From Balanoglossus misakiensis (Eukaryota; Animalia; Hemichordata), in contig CM082590.2 in the NCBI GenBank assembly GCA_040954595.2, positions 3,906,001 through 3,970,000 of the forward strand: a stretch of 64,000 nt of DNA, given 5' to 3'. Positions 1 through 14,957 of this stretch are shown piece after piece (within the stretch, counting starts at the first letter, position 1; the number at the start of each line of letters is the position of its first letter). A program made the translations under genes and the position numbers. Below the pieces are notes generated by a model that was given only the letters and a program-made list of their open reading frames with translations, was not told the origin of the DNA and made no database searches.

Positions 1-3000
1 CCGAATTCTGTTGTGAGGCGCAGAGCACGTAATAGGCCTATGCGCATAAGAAAGTTTTCCACCAGACTCTGTAGATCGACGGATAGTTGTAAAATTTCCA
101 TGGTTGCTTCCAAACAGCCTCGTTTATTTACCGATTTCTGTTGTGAGGCGCAGAACACATGATAGGCCTATGCGCATATGAACGTTTTCCACTATACTCT
201 GTTGATCGAGAGATAGTTCTAAAATTTCCATGTTTGCTTCCAAACAGCCTCGTTTATTTACGGAATTCTGTTTTGAGGCGCAGAACACATAGATAGGCAT
301 ATGTGCATAAGAAAGTTTTCCACTATAGACTCTGTAGATCGAGAGATAGTTCTAAAATATCCATGGTTGCTTCCAAACACAGCCTCGTTTGTTTACAAAA
401 TTCCGTTGTGATGCGCAGAACACATATATAGGCCTATGCGCATAAGAACGTTTTCCACTAGACTCTGTAGATCGACGGATAGTTGTAAAATTTCCATGGT
501 TGCTTCCAAACAGCCTCGTTTCTTTACCGATTTCTGTTGTGAGGCGCAGAACACATGATAGGCCTATGCGCATTAGAAATTTTTCCACTGGACTCTGTAG
601 ATCGAGAGATAGTTCTAAAATTTCCATGGTTGCTTCCAAACACTGCCTCGCTTGTTTTCAACATTTTGTTGTGATGCGCAGAACACATAGATAGGCCTAT
701 GCGCATAAGAACGTTTTCCACTAGAATCTGTAGATCGACGGATAGCTGTAAAATTTCCATGGTTGCTTCCAAACAGCCTCGTTTATTTACCGATTTCTGT
801 TGTGAGGCGCAGAACACATGATAGGCCTATGCGCATATGAACGTTTTCCACTATACTCTGTTGATCGAGAGATAGTTCTAAAATTTCCATGTTTGCTTCC
901 AAACAGCCTCGTTTATTTACGGAATTCAGTTTTGAGGCGCAGAACACATAGATAGGCATATGTGCATAAGAAAGTTTTCCACTATAGACTCTGTAGATCG
1001 AGAGATAGTTCTAAAATTTCCATGGTTGCTTCCAAACACAGCCTCGTTTGTTTACAAAATTCTGTTGTGATGCGCAGAACACATATATAGGCCTATGCGC
1101 ATAAGAACGTTTTCCACTAGACACTGTAGATCGACGGATAGCTGTAAAATTTCCATGGTTGCTTCCGAACTGCCTCGTTTATTTACCGATTTCTGTTGTG
1201 AGGCGCAGAACACATGATAGGCCTATGCGCATAAGACATTTTTCCACTAGACTCTGTAGATCGACGGATAGTTCTAAAATTTCCATGGTTGCTTCCAAAC
1301 AGCCTCGTTTATTTACCGAATTCTGTTGTGAGGCGCAGAACACGTAATAGGCCTATGCGCATTAGAAAGTTTTCCACCACACTCTGTAGATCGACGGATA
1401 GTTCTAAAATTTCCATGGTTGCTTCCAAACAGCCTCGTTTATTTACCGAATTCTGTTGTGAGGCGCAGAACACGTAATAGGCCTATGCGCATAAGAAAGT
1501 TTTCCACCAGACTCTGTAGATCGACGGATAGTTGTAAAATTTCCATGGTTGCTTCCAAACAACCTCGTTTATTTACCGATTTCTGTTGTGAGGCGCAGAA
1601 CACATAGATAGGCCTATGCGCATAAGAAACTTTTCAACTTTAGATCAACGGATAGTTCTAAAATTTCCATGGTTGTTTCCAAACAGCCTCGTTTATTTAC
1701 CGAATTCTGTTGTGATGCGTAGAACACATACATATGCCTATGCGCATAAGAAAGTTTTCAACTAGACTCCGTAGATCGACAAATAGTTCTAAAATGTCCA
1801 TGGTTGCTTCCAAACAAAGCCTCGTTTGTTTACAAAATTCTGTTGTGATGCGCAGAACACATAGATAGGCCTATGCGCATATGACCGTTTTCCACTATAC
1901 TGTGTTGATCGAGAGATAGTTCTAAAATTTCCATGTTTGCTTCCAAACAGCCTCGTTTATTTACGGAATTCTGTTTTGAGGCGCAAAACACATAGATAGG
2001 CATATGTGCATAAGAAAGTTTTCCACTATAGACTCTGTAGATCGAGAGATAGTTCTAAAATTTCCATGGTTGCTTCCAAACACAGCCTCGTTTGTTTACC
2101 GATTTCTGTTGTGATGCGCATAACACATAGATAGGCCTATGCGCATAAGAACGCTTTCCACTAGACTCTGTAGATCGAGAGATAGTTCTAAAATTTCCAT
2201 GGTTGCTTCCAAACACAGCCTCGTTTGTTTACAAAATTCTGTTGTGATGCGCAGAACACATATATAGGCCTATGCGCATAAGAACGTTTTCCACTAGACT
2301 CTGTAGATCGACGGATAGCTGTAAAATTTCCATGGTTGCTTCCAAACAGCCTCGTTTATTTACCGAATTCTGTTGTGAGGCGCAGAACACGTAATAGGCC
2401 TATGCGCATTAGAAAGTTTTCCACCACACTCTGTAGATCGACGGATAGTTCTAAAATTTCCATGGTTGCTTCCAAACAGCCTCGTTTATTTACCGAATTC
2501 TGTTGTGAGGCGCAGAACACGTAATAGGCCTATGCGCATAAGAAAGTTTTCCACCAGACTCTGTAGATCGACGGATAGTTGTAAAATTTCCATGGTTGCT
2601 TCCAAACAACCTCGTTTATTTACCGATTTCTGTTGTGAGGCGCAGAACACATAGATAGGCCTATGCGCATAAGAAACTTTTCAACTTTAGATCAACGGAT
2701 AGTTCTAAAATTTCCATGGTTGTTTCCAAACAGCCTCGTTTATTTACCGAATTCTGTTGTGATGCGTAGAACACATACATATGCCTATGCGCATAAGAAA
2801 GTTTTCAACTAGACTCCGTAGATCGACAAATAGTTCTAAAATGTCCATGGTTCCTTCCAAACAAAGCCTCGTTTGTTTACAAAATTCTGTTGTGATGCGC
2901 AGAACACATAGATAGGCCTATGCGCATATGACCGTTTTCCACTATACTGTGTTGATCGAGAGATAGTTCTAAAATTTCCATGTTTGCTTCCAAACAGCCT

Positions 3001-6000
3001 CGTTTATTTACGGAATTCTGTTTTGAGGCGCAAAACACATAGATAGGCATATGTGCATAAGAAAGTTTTCCACTATAGACTCTGTAGATCGAGAGATAGT
3101 TCTAAAATTTCCATGGTTGCTTCCAAACACAGCCTCGTTTGTTTACCGATTTCTGTTGTGATGCGCATAACACATAGATAGGCCTATGCGCATAAGAACG
3201 CTTTCCACTAGACTCTGTAGATCGAGAGATAGTTCTAAAATTTCCATGGTTGCTTCCAAACACAGCCTCGTTTGTTTACAAAATTCTGTTGTGATGCGCA
3301 GAACACATATATAGGCCTATGCGCATAAGAACGTTTTCCACTAGACTCTGTAGATCGACGGATAGCTGTAAAATTTCCATGGTTGCTTCCAAACTGCCTC
3401 GTTTATTTACCGATTTCTGTTGTGAGGCGCAGAACACATGATAGGCCTATGCGCATAAGACATTTTTCCACTAGACTCTGTAGATCGACGGATAGTTCTA
3501 AAATTTCCATGGTTGCTTCCAAACAGCCTCGTTTATTTACCGAATTCTGTTGTGAGGCGCAGAACACGTAATAGGCCTATGCGCATTAGAAAGTTTTCCA
3601 CCACACTCTGTAGATCGACGGATAGTTGTAAAATTTCCATGGTTGCTTCCAAACAGCCTCGTTTATTTACCGAATTCTGTTGTGAGGCGCAGAACACGTA
3701 ATAGGCCTATGCGCATAAGAAAGTTTTCCACCAGACTCTGTAGATCGACGGATAGTTGTAAAATTTCCATGGTTGCTTCCAAACAACCTCGTTTATTTAC
3801 CGATTTCTGTTGTGAGGCGCAGAACACATAGATAGGCCTATGCGCATAAGAAACTTTTCAACTTTAGATCAACGGATAGTTCTAAAATTTCCATGGTTGT
3901 TTCCAAACAGCCTCGTTTATTTACCGAATTCTGTTGTGATGCGCAGAACACATAGATAGGCCTATGCGCATATGACCGTTTTCCACTATACTCTGTTGAT
4001 CGAGAGATAGTTCTAAAATTTCCATGGTTGCTTCCAAACAGCCTCGTTTATTTACCGAATTCTGTTGTGAGGCGCAGAACACGTAATAGGCCTATGCGCA
4101 TTAGAAAGTTTTCCACCACACTCTGTAGATCGACGGATAGTTGTAAAATTTCCATGGTTGCTTCCAAACAGCCTCGTTTATTTACCGAATTCTGTTGTGA
4201 GGCGCAGAACACGTAATAGGCCTATGCGCATAAGAAAGTTTTCCACCAGACTCTGTAGATCGACGGATAGTTGTAAAATTTCCATGGTTGCTTCCAAACA
4301 ACCTCGTTTATTTACCGATTTCTGTTGTGAGGCGCAGAACACATAGATAGGCCTATGCGCATAAGAAACTTTTCAACTTTAGATCAACGGATAGTTCTAA
4401 AATTTCCATGGTTGCTTCCAAACAGCCTCGTTTATTTACCGAATTCTGTTGTGAGGCGCAGAACACGTAATAGGCCTATGCGCATTAGAAAGTTTTCCAC
4501 CACACTCTGTAGATCGACGGATAGTTCTAAAATTTCCATGGTTGCTTCCAAACAGCCTCGTTTATTTACCGAATTCTGTTGTGAGGCGCTGAACACGTAA
4601 TAGGCCTATGCGCATAAGAAAGTTTTCCACCAGACTCTGTAGATCGACGGATAGTTGTAAAATTTCCATGGTTGCTTCCAAACAACCTCGTTTATTTACC
4701 GATTTCTGTTGTGAGGCGCAGAACACATAGATAGGCCTATGCGCATAAGAAACTTTTCAACTTTAGATCAACGGATAGTTCTAAAATTTCCATGGTTGTT
4801 TCCAAACAGCCTCGTTTATTTACCGAATTCTGTTGTGATGCGTAGAACACATACATATGCCTATGCGCATAAGAAAGTTTTCAACTAGACTCCGTAGATC
4901 GACAAATAGTTCTAAAATGTCCACGGTTGCTTCCAAACAAAGCCTCGTTTGTTTACAAAATTCTGTTGTGATGCGCAGAACACATAGATAGGCCTATGCG
5001 CATATGACCGTTTTCCACTATACTCTGTTGATCGAGAGATAGTTCTAAAATTTCCATGTTTGCTTCCAAACAGCCTCGTTTATTTACGGAATTCTGTTTT
5101 GAGGCGCAAAACACATAGATAGGCATATGTGCATAAGAAAGTTTTCCACTATAGACTCTGTAGATCGAGAGATAGTTCTAAAATTTGCATGGTTGCTTCC
5201 AAACACAGCCTCGTTTGTTTACCGATTTCTGTTGTGATGCGCATAACACATAGATAGGCCTATGCGCATAAGAACGCTTTCCACTAGACTCTGTAGATCG
5301 AGAGATAGTTCTAAAATTTCCATGGTTGCTTCCAAACACAGCCTCGTTTGTTTACAAAATTCTGTTGTGATGCGCAGAACACATATATAGGCCTATGCGC
5401 ATAAGAACGTTTTCCACTAGACTCTGTAGATCGACGGATAGCTGTAAAATTTCCATGGTTGCTTCCAAACTGCCTCGTTTATTTACCGATTTCTGTTGTG
5501 AGGCGCAGAACACATGATAGGCCTATGCGCATAAGACATTTTTCCACTAGACTCTGTAGATCGACGGATAGTTCTAAAATTTCCATGGTTGCTTCCAAAC
5601 AGCCTCGTTTATTTACCGAATTCTGTTGTGAGGCGCAGAACACGTAATAGGCCTATGCGCATTAGAAAGTTTTCCACCACACTCTGTAGATCGACGGATA
5701 GTTCTAAAATTTCCATGGTTGCTTCCAAACAGCCTCGTTTATTTACCGAATTCTGTTGTGAGGCGCAGAACACGTAATAGGCCTATGCGCATAAGAAAGT
5801 TTTCCACCAGACTCTGTAGATCGACGGATAGTTGTAAAATTTCCATGGTTGCTTCCAAACAACCTCGTTTATTTACCGATTTCTGTTGTGAGGCGCAGAA
5901 CACATAGATAGGCCTATGCGCATAAGAAACTTTTCAACTTTAGATCAACGGATAGTTCTAAAATTTCCATGGTTGTTTCCAAACAGCCTCGTTTATTTAC

Positions 6001-9000
6001 CGAATTCTGTTGTGATGCGTAGAACACATACATATGCCTATGCGCATAAGAAAGTTTTCAACTAGACTCCGTAGATCGACAAATAGTTCTAAAATGTCCA
6101 TGGTTGCTTCCAAACAAAGCCTCGTTTGTTTACAAAATTCTGTTGTGATGCGCAGAACACATAGATAGGCCTATGCGCATATGACCGTTTTCCACTATAC
6201 TCTGTTGATCGAGAGATAGTTCTAAAATTTCCATGTTTGCTTCCAAACAGCCTCGTTTATTTACGGAATTCTGTTTTGAGGCGCAAAACACATAGATAGG
6301 CATATGTGCATAAGAAAGTTTTCCACTATAGACTCTGTAGATCGAGAGATAGTTCTAAAATTTCCATGGTTGCTTCCAAACACAGCCTCGTTTGTTTACC
6401 GATTTCTGTTGTGATGCGCATAACACATAGATAGGCCTATGCGCATAAGAACGCTTTCCACTAGACTCTGTAGATCGAGAGATAGTTCTAAAATTTCCAT
6501 GGTTGCTTCCAAACAGCCTCGTTTGTTTACAAAATTCTGTTGTGATGCGCAGAACACATATATAGGCCTATGCGCATAAGAACGTTTTCCACTAGACTCT
6601 GTAGATCGACGGATAGCTGTAAAATTTCCATGGTTGCTTCCAAACAGCCTCATTTATTTACCGATTTCTGTTGTGAGGCGCAGAACACATGATAGGCCTA
6701 TGCGCATAAGAACGTTTTCCACTAGACTCTGCAGATCGACGGATAGCTGTAAAATTTCCATGTTTGGTTCCAAACAGCCTCGTTTATTTGCGGAATTCTG
6801 TTTTGAGGCGCAGAACACATAGATAGGCATATGTGCATAAGAAAGTTTTCCACCAGACTCTGTAGATCGACGGATAGTTGTAAAATTTCCATGGTTGCTT
6901 CCAAACAGCCTCGTTTATTTACCGATTTCTGTTGTGAGGCGCAGAACACATAGATAGGCCTATGCGCATAAGAAACTTTTCAACTTTAGATCAACGGATA
7001 GTTCTAAAATTCCCATGGTTGCTTCCAAACACAGCCTCGTTTGTTTACAAAATTCTGTTGTGATGCGCAGAACACATATATAGGTCTATGCGCATAAGAA
7101 CGTTTTCCACTAGACTCTGTAGATCGACGGATAGTTGTAAAATGTCCATGGTTGCTTCCAAATACAGCCTTGTTTATTTACCGATTTCTGTTGTGATGCG
7201 CATAACACATGATAGGCCTATGCGCATAAGACATTTTTCCACTAGACTCTGTAGATCGACGGATAGTTCTAAAATTTCCATGGTTGCTTCCAAACAGCCT
7301 CGTTTATTTACCGAATCCTGTTGTGAGGCGCAGAACACGTAATAAGCCCATGCGCATTAGAAAGTTTTCCACCAGACTCTGTAGATCAACGGATAGTTGT
7401 AAAATGTCCATGGTTGCTTCCAAATACAGCCTTGTTTATTTACCGAATTCTGTTGTGAGGCGCAGAACACGTAATAGGCCTATGCGCATAGGAAAGTTTT
7501 CCACCAGACTCTGTAGATCGACGGATAGTTGTAAAATTTCCATGGTTGCTTCCAAACAGCCTCGTTTATTTACCGATTTCTGTTGTGAGGCGCAGAACAC
7601 ATAGATAGGCCTATGCGCATAAGAAACTTTTCAACTTTAGATCAATGGATAGTTCTAAAATTTCCATGGTTGTTTCCAAACAGCCTCGTTTATTTACCGA
7701 ATTCTGTTGTGATGCGTAGAACACATACATATGCCTATGCGCATAAGAAAGTTTTCAACTAGACTCCGTAGATCGACGAATAGTTCTAAAATGTCCATGG
7801 TTGCTTCCAAACAAAGCCTCGTTTGTTTACAAAATTCTGTTGTGATGCGCAGAACACATAGATAGGCCTATGCGCATATGAACGTTTTCCACTATACTCT
7901 GTTGATCGAGAGATAGTTCTAAAATTACCATGTTTGCTTCCAAACAGCCTCGTTTATTTACGGAATTATGTTTTGAGGCGCAAAACACATAGATAGGCAT
8001 ATGTGCATAAGAAAGTTTTCCACTATAGACTCTGTAGATCGAGAATAGTTCTAAAATTTCCACGGTTGCTTCCAAACACAGCCTCGTTTGTTTACCGATT
8101 TCTGTTGTGATGCGCATAACACACAGATAGGCCTATGCGCATAAGAACGCTTTCCACTAGACTCTGTAGATCGACGGATAGCTGTAAAATTTCCATGTTT
8201 GCTTCCAAACAGCCTCGTTTATTTACGGAATTCTGTTTTGAGGCGCAAAACACATAGATAGGCATATGTGCATAAGAAAGTTTTCCACTATAGACTCTGT
8301 AGATCGAGAGATAGTTCTAAAATTTCCATGGTTGCTTCCAAACAGCCTCGTTTGTATACAAAATTCTGTTGTGATGCGCAGAACACATATATAGGCCTAT
8401 GCGCATAAGAACGTTTTCCACTAGACTCTGTAGATCGACGGATAGTTCTAAAATTTCCATGGTTGCTTCCAAACACAGCCTCGTTTGTTTACAAAATTCT
8501 GTTGTGATGCGCAGAACACATATATAGGCCTATGCGCATAAGAACGTTTTCCACTAGACTCTGTAGATCGACGGATAGTTCTAAAATTTCCATGGTTGCT
8601 TCCAAACAGCCTCGTTTATTTACCGAATTCTGTTGTGAGGCGCAGAACACGTAATAGGCCTATGCGCATTAGAAAGTTTTCCACCACACTCTGTAGATCG
8701 ACGGATAGTTGTAAAATTTCCATGGTTGCTTCCAAACAGCCTCGTTTATTTACCGAATTCTGTTGTGAGGCGCAGAACACGTAATTGGCCTATGCGCATA
8801 AGAACGTTTTCCACCAGACTCTGTAGATCGACGGATAGTTGTAAAATTTCCATGGTTGCTTCCAAACAAAGCCTCGTTTGTTTACAAAATTCTGTTGTGA
8901 TGCGCAGAACACATAGATAGGCCTATGCGCATATGAACGTTTTCCACTATACTCTGTTGATCGAGAGATAGTTCTAAAATTTCCATGTTTGCTTCCAAAC

Positions 9001-12000
9001 AGCCTCGTTTATTTACGGAATTCTGTTTTGAGGCGCAGAACACATAGATAGGCATATGTGCATAAGAAAGTTTTCCACTATAGACTCTGTAGATCGAGAG
9101 ATAGTTCTAAAATGTCCATGGTTGCTTCCAAACACAGCCTCGTTTGTTTACAAAATTCTGTTGTGATGCGCAGAACACATATATAGGCCTATGCGCATAA
9201 GAACGTTTTCCACTAGACTCTGTAGATCGAGGGATAGCTGTAAAATTTCCATGGTTGCTTCCAAACTGCCTCGTTTATTTACCGATTTCTGTTGTGAGGC
9301 GCAGAACACATGATAGGCCTATGCGCATAAGACATTTTTCCACTAGACTCTGTAGATCGACGGATAGTTCTAAAATTTCCATGGTTGCTTCCAAACAGCC
9401 TCGTTTATTTACCGAATTCTGTTGTGAGGCGCAGAACACGTAATAGGCCTATGCGCATAAGAAAGTTTTCCACCAGACTCTGTAGATCGACGGATAGTTG
9501 TAAAATTTCCATGGTTGCTTCCAAACAGCCTCGTTTATTTACCGATTTCTGTTGTGAGGCGCAGAACACATGATAGGCCTATGCGCATATGAACGTTTTC
9601 CACTATACTCTGTTGATCGAGAGATAGTTCTAAAATTTCCATGTTTGCTTCCAAACAGCCTCGTTTATTTACGGAATTCTGTTTTGAGGCGCAGAACACA
9701 TAGATAGGCATATGTGCATAAGAAAGTTTTCCACCAGACTCTGTAGATCGACGGATAGTTGTAAAATTTCCATGGTTGCTTCCAAACAACCTCGTTTATT
9801 TACCGATTTCTGTTGTGAGGAGCAGAACACATAGATAGGCCTATGCGCATAAGAAACTTTTCAACTTTAGATCAACGGATAGTTCTAAAATTTCCATGGT
9901 TGTTTCCAAACAGCCTCGTTTATTTACGGAATTCTGTTTTGAGGCGCAAAACACATAGATAGGCATATGTGCATAAGAAAGTTTTCCACTATAGACTCTG
10001 TAGATCGAGAGATAGTTCTAAAATTTCCATGGTTGCTTCCAAACACAGCCTCGTTTGTTTACCGATTTCTGTTGTGATGCGCATAACACATAGATAGGCC
10101 TATGCGCATAAGAACGCTTTCCACTAGACTCTGTAGATCGAGAGATAGTTCTAAAATTTCCATGGTTGCTTCCAAACACAGCCTCGTTTGTTTACAAAAT
10201 TCTGTTGTGATGCGCAGAACACATATATAGGCCTATGCGCATAAGAACGTTTTCCACTAGACTCTGTAGATCGACGGATAGCTGTAAAATTTCCATGGTT
10301 GCTTCCAAACTGCCTCGTTTATTTACCGATTTCTGTTGTGGGGCGCAGAACACATGATAGGCCTATGCGCATAAGACATTTTTCCACTAGACTCTGTAGA
10401 TCGACGGATAGTTCTAAAATTTCCATGGTTGCTTCCAAACAGCCTCGTTTATTTACCGAATTCTGTTGTGAGGCGCAGAACACGTAATAGGCCTATGCGC
10501 ATTAGAAAGTTTTCCACCACACTCTGTAGATCGACGGATAGTTGTAAAATTTCCATGGTTGCTTCCAAACAGCCTCGTTTATTTACCGAATTCTGTTGTG
10601 AGGCGCAGAACACGTAATAGGCCTATGCGCATAAGAAAGTTTTCCACCAGACTCTGTAGATCGACGGATAGTTGTAAAATTTCCATGGTTGCTTCCAAAC
10701 AACCTCGTTTATTTACCGATTTCTGTTGTGAGGCGCAGAACACATAGATAGGCCTATGCGCATAAGAAACTTTTCAACTTTAGATCAACGGATAGTTCTA
10801 AAATTTCCATGGTTGTTTCCAAACAGCCTCGTTTATTTACCGAATTCTGTTGTGATGCGCAGAACACATAGATAGGCCTATGCGCATATGACCGTTTTCC
10901 ACTATACTCTGTTGATCAACGGATAGTTCTAAAATTTCCATGGTTGTTTCCAAACAGCCTCGTTTATTTACCGAATTCTGTTGTGAGGCGCAGAACACGT
11001 AATAGGCCTATGCGCATTAGAAAGTTTTCCACCACACTCTGTAGATCGACGGATAGTTGTAAAATTTCCATGGTTGCTTCCAAACAGCCTCGTTTATTTA
11101 CCGAATTCTGTTGTGAGGCGCAGAACACGTAATAGGCCTATGCGCATAAGAAAGTTTTCCACCAGACTCTGTAGATCGACGGATAGTTGTAAAATTTCCA
11201 TGGTTGCTTCCAAACAACCTCGTTTATTTACCGATTTCTGTTGTGAGGCGCAGAACACATAGATAGGCCTATGCGCATAAGAAACTTTTCAACTTTAGAT
11301 CAACGGATAGTTCTAAAATTTCCATGGTTGCTTCCAAACAGCCTCGTTTATTTACCGAATTCTGTTGTGAGGCGCAGAACACGTAATAGGCCTATGCGCA
11401 TTAGAAAGTTTTCCACCACACTCTGTAGATCGACGGATAGTTCTAAAATTTCCATGGTTGCTTCCAAACAGCCTCGTTTATTTACCGAATTCTGTTGTGA
11501 GGCGCTGAACACGTAATAGGCCTATGCGCATAAGAAAGTTTTCCACCAGACTCTGTAGATCGACGGATAGTTGTAAAATTTCCATGGTTGCTTCCAAACA
11601 ACCTCGTTTATTTACCGATTTCTGTTGTGAGGCGCAGAACACATAGATAGGCCTATGCGCATAAGAAACTTTTCAACTTTAGATCAACGGATAGTTCTAA
11701 AATTTCCATGGTTGTTTCCAAACAGCCTCGTTTATTTACCGAATTCTGTTGTGATGCGTAGAACACATACATATGCCTATGCGCATAAGAAAGTTTTCAA
11801 CTAGACTCCGTAGATCGACAAATAGTTCTAAAATGTCCATGGTTGCTTCCAAACAAAGCCTCGTTTGTTTACAAAATTCTGTTGTGATGCGCAGAACACA
11901 TAGATAGGCCTATGCGCATATGACCGTTTTCCACTATACTCTGTTGATCGAGAGATAGTTCTAAAATTTCCATGTTTGCTTCCAAACAGCCTCGTTTATT

Positions 12001-14957
12001 TACGGAATTCTGTTTTGAGGCGCAAAACACATAGATAGGCATATGTGCATAAGAAAGTTTTCCACTATAGACTCTGTAGATCGAGAGATAGTTCTAAAAT
12101 TTCCATGGTTGCTTCCAAACACAGCCTCGTTTGTTTACCGATTTCTGTTGTGATGCGCATAACACATAGATAGGCCTGTGCGCATAAGAACGCTTTCCAC
12201 AAGACTCTGTAGATCGAGAGATAGTTCTAAAATTTCCATGGTTGCTTCCAAACAGCCTCGTTTGTTTACAAAATTCTGTTGTGATGCGCAGAACACATAT
12301 ATAGGCCTATGCGCATAAGAACGTTTTCCACTAGACTCTGTAGATCGACGGATAGCTGTAAAATTTCCATGGTTGCTTCCAAACAGCCTCATTTATTTAC
12401 CGATTTCTGTTGTGAGGCGCAGAACACATGATAGGCCTATGCGCATAAGAACGTTTTCCACTAGACTCTGCAGATCGACGGATAGCTGTAAAATTTCCAT
12501 GTTTGGTTCCAAACAGCCTCGTTTATTTGCGGAATTCTGTTTTGAGGCGCAGAACACATAGATAGGCATATGTGCATAAGAAAGTTTTCCACCAGACTCT
12601 GTAGATCGACGGATAGTTGTAAAATTTCCATGGTTGCTTCCAAACAGCCTCGTTTATTTACCGATTTCTGTTGTGAGGCGCAGAACACATAGATAGGCCT
12701 ATGCGCATAAGAAACTTTTCAACTTAAGATCAACGGATAGTTCTAAAATTCCCATGGTTGCTTCCAAACACAGCCTCGTTTGTTTACAAAATTCTGTTGT
12801 GATGCGCAGAACACATATATAGGCCTATGCGCATAAGAACGTTTTTCACTAGACTCTGTAGATCGACGGATAGTTCTAAAATTTCCATGGTTGCTTCCAA
12901 ACACAGCCTCGTTTGTTTACAAAATTCTGTTGTGATGCGCAGAACACATATATAGGCCTATGCGCATAAGAACGTTTTCCACTAGACTCTGTAGATCGAC
13001 GGATAGTTCTAAAATTTCCATGGTTGCTTCCAAACACAGCCTCGTTTGTTTACAAAATTCTGTTGTGATGCGCAGAACACATATATAGGCCTATGCGCAT
13101 AAGAACGTTTTCCACTAGACTCTGTAGATCGAGGGATAGCTGTAAAATTTCCATGGTTGCTTCCAAACTGCCTCGTTTATTTACCGATTTCTGTTGTGAG
13201 GCGCAGAACACATGATAGGCCTATGCGCATAAGACATTTTTCCACTAGACTCTGTAGATCGACGGATAGTTCTAAAATTTCCATGGTTGCTTCCAAACAG
13301 CCTCGTTTATTTACCGAATTCTGTTGTGAGGCGCAGAACACGTAATAGGCCTATGCGCATAAGAACGTTTTCCACTAGACTCTGTAGATCGAGGGATAGC
13401 TGTAAAATTTCCATGGTTGCTTCCAAACTGCCTCGTTTATTTACCGATTTCTGTTGTGAGGCGCAGAACACATGATAGGCCTATGCGCATAAGACATTTT
13501 TCCACTAGACTCTGTAGATCGAGGGATAGCTGTAAAATTTCCATGGTTGCTTCCAAACAGCCTCGTTTATTTACCGAATTCTGTTGTGAGGCGCAGAACA
13601 CGTAATAGGCCTATGCGCATAAGAAATTTTTCCACTAGACTCTGTAGATCGAGGGATAGCTGTAAAATTTCCATGGTTGCTTCCAAACTGCCTCGTTTAT
13701 TTACCGATTTCTGTTGTGAGGCGCAGAACACATGATAGGCCTATGCGCATAAGAACGTTTTCCACTAGACTCTGTAGATCGAGGGATAGCTGTAAAATTT
13801 CCATGGTTGCTTCCAAACTGCCTCGTTTATTTACCGATTTCTGTTGTGAGGCGCAAAACACATAGATAGGCATATGTGCATAAGAAAGTTTTCCACTATA
13901 GACTCTGTAGATCGAGAGATAGTTCTAAAATTTCCATGGTTGCTTCCAAACACAGCCTCGTTTGTTTACCGATTTCTGTTGTGATGCGCATAACACATAG
14001 ATAGGCCTATGTGCATAAGAACGCTTTCCACTAGACTCTGTAGATCGAGAGATAGTTCTAAAATTTCCATGGTTGCTTCCAAACAGCCTCGTTTGTTTAC
14101 AAAATTCTGTTGTGATGCGCAGAACACATATATAGGCCTATGCGCATAAGAACGTTTTCCACTAGACTCTGTAGATCGACGGATAGCTGTAAAATTTCCA
14201 TGGTTGCTTCCAAACAGCCTCGTTTGTTTACCGATTTCTGTTGTGATGCGCATAACACATAGATAGGCCTATGCGCATAAGAACGCTTTCCACTAGACTC
14301 TGTAGATCGAGAGATAGTTCTAAAATTTCCATGGTTGCTTCCAAACAGCCTCGTTTGTTTACAAAATTCTGTTGTGATGCGCAGAACACATATATAGGCC
14401 TATGCGCATAAGAACGTTTTCCACTAGACTCTGTAGATCGACGGATAGCTGTAAAATTTCCATGGTTGCTTCCAAACAGCCTCGTTTGTTTACCGATTTC
14501 TGTTGTGATGCGCATAACACATAGATAGGCCTATGCGCATAAGAAAGTTTTCCACTATAGACTCTGTAGATCGAGAGATAGTTCTAAAATTTCCATGGTT
14601 GCTTCCAAACACAGCCTCGTTTATATACCGAATTCTGTTGTGATGCGTAGAACACATACATATGCCTATGCGCATAAGAAAGTTTTCAACTAGACTCCGT
14701 AGATCGACGAATAGTTCTAAAATGTCCATGGTTGCTTCCAAACAAAGCCTCGTTTGTTTACAAAATTCTGTTGTGATGCGCAGAACACATAGATAGGCCT
14801 ATGCGCATATGAACGCTTTCCACTAGACTCTGTAGATCGAGAGATAGTTCTAAAATTTCCATGGTTGCTTCCAAACAGCCTCGTTTGTTTACAAAATTCT
14901 GTTGTGATGCGCAGAACACATAGATAGGCCTATGCGCATATGAACGTTTTCCACTAT
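1..14957. repeat. Satellite DNA array, ~130-bp monomer (~115 copies), with higher-order repeats
   Basis: Monomer ccatggttgcttccaaacagcctcgtttatttaccgaattctgttgtgaggcgcagaacac...taggcctatgcgcataagaaagttttccactagactctgtagatcgacggatagttctaaaattt repeats continuously. Spurious ORFs recur at 130-bp spacing. The array runs off the left edge of the window. Confidence 0.98.

Noticed and set aside
900-925. CENP-B-box-like motif cctcgtttatttacgga in some monomers
   Set aside because: Spacing and key bases do not match NTTCGNNNNANNCGGGN.
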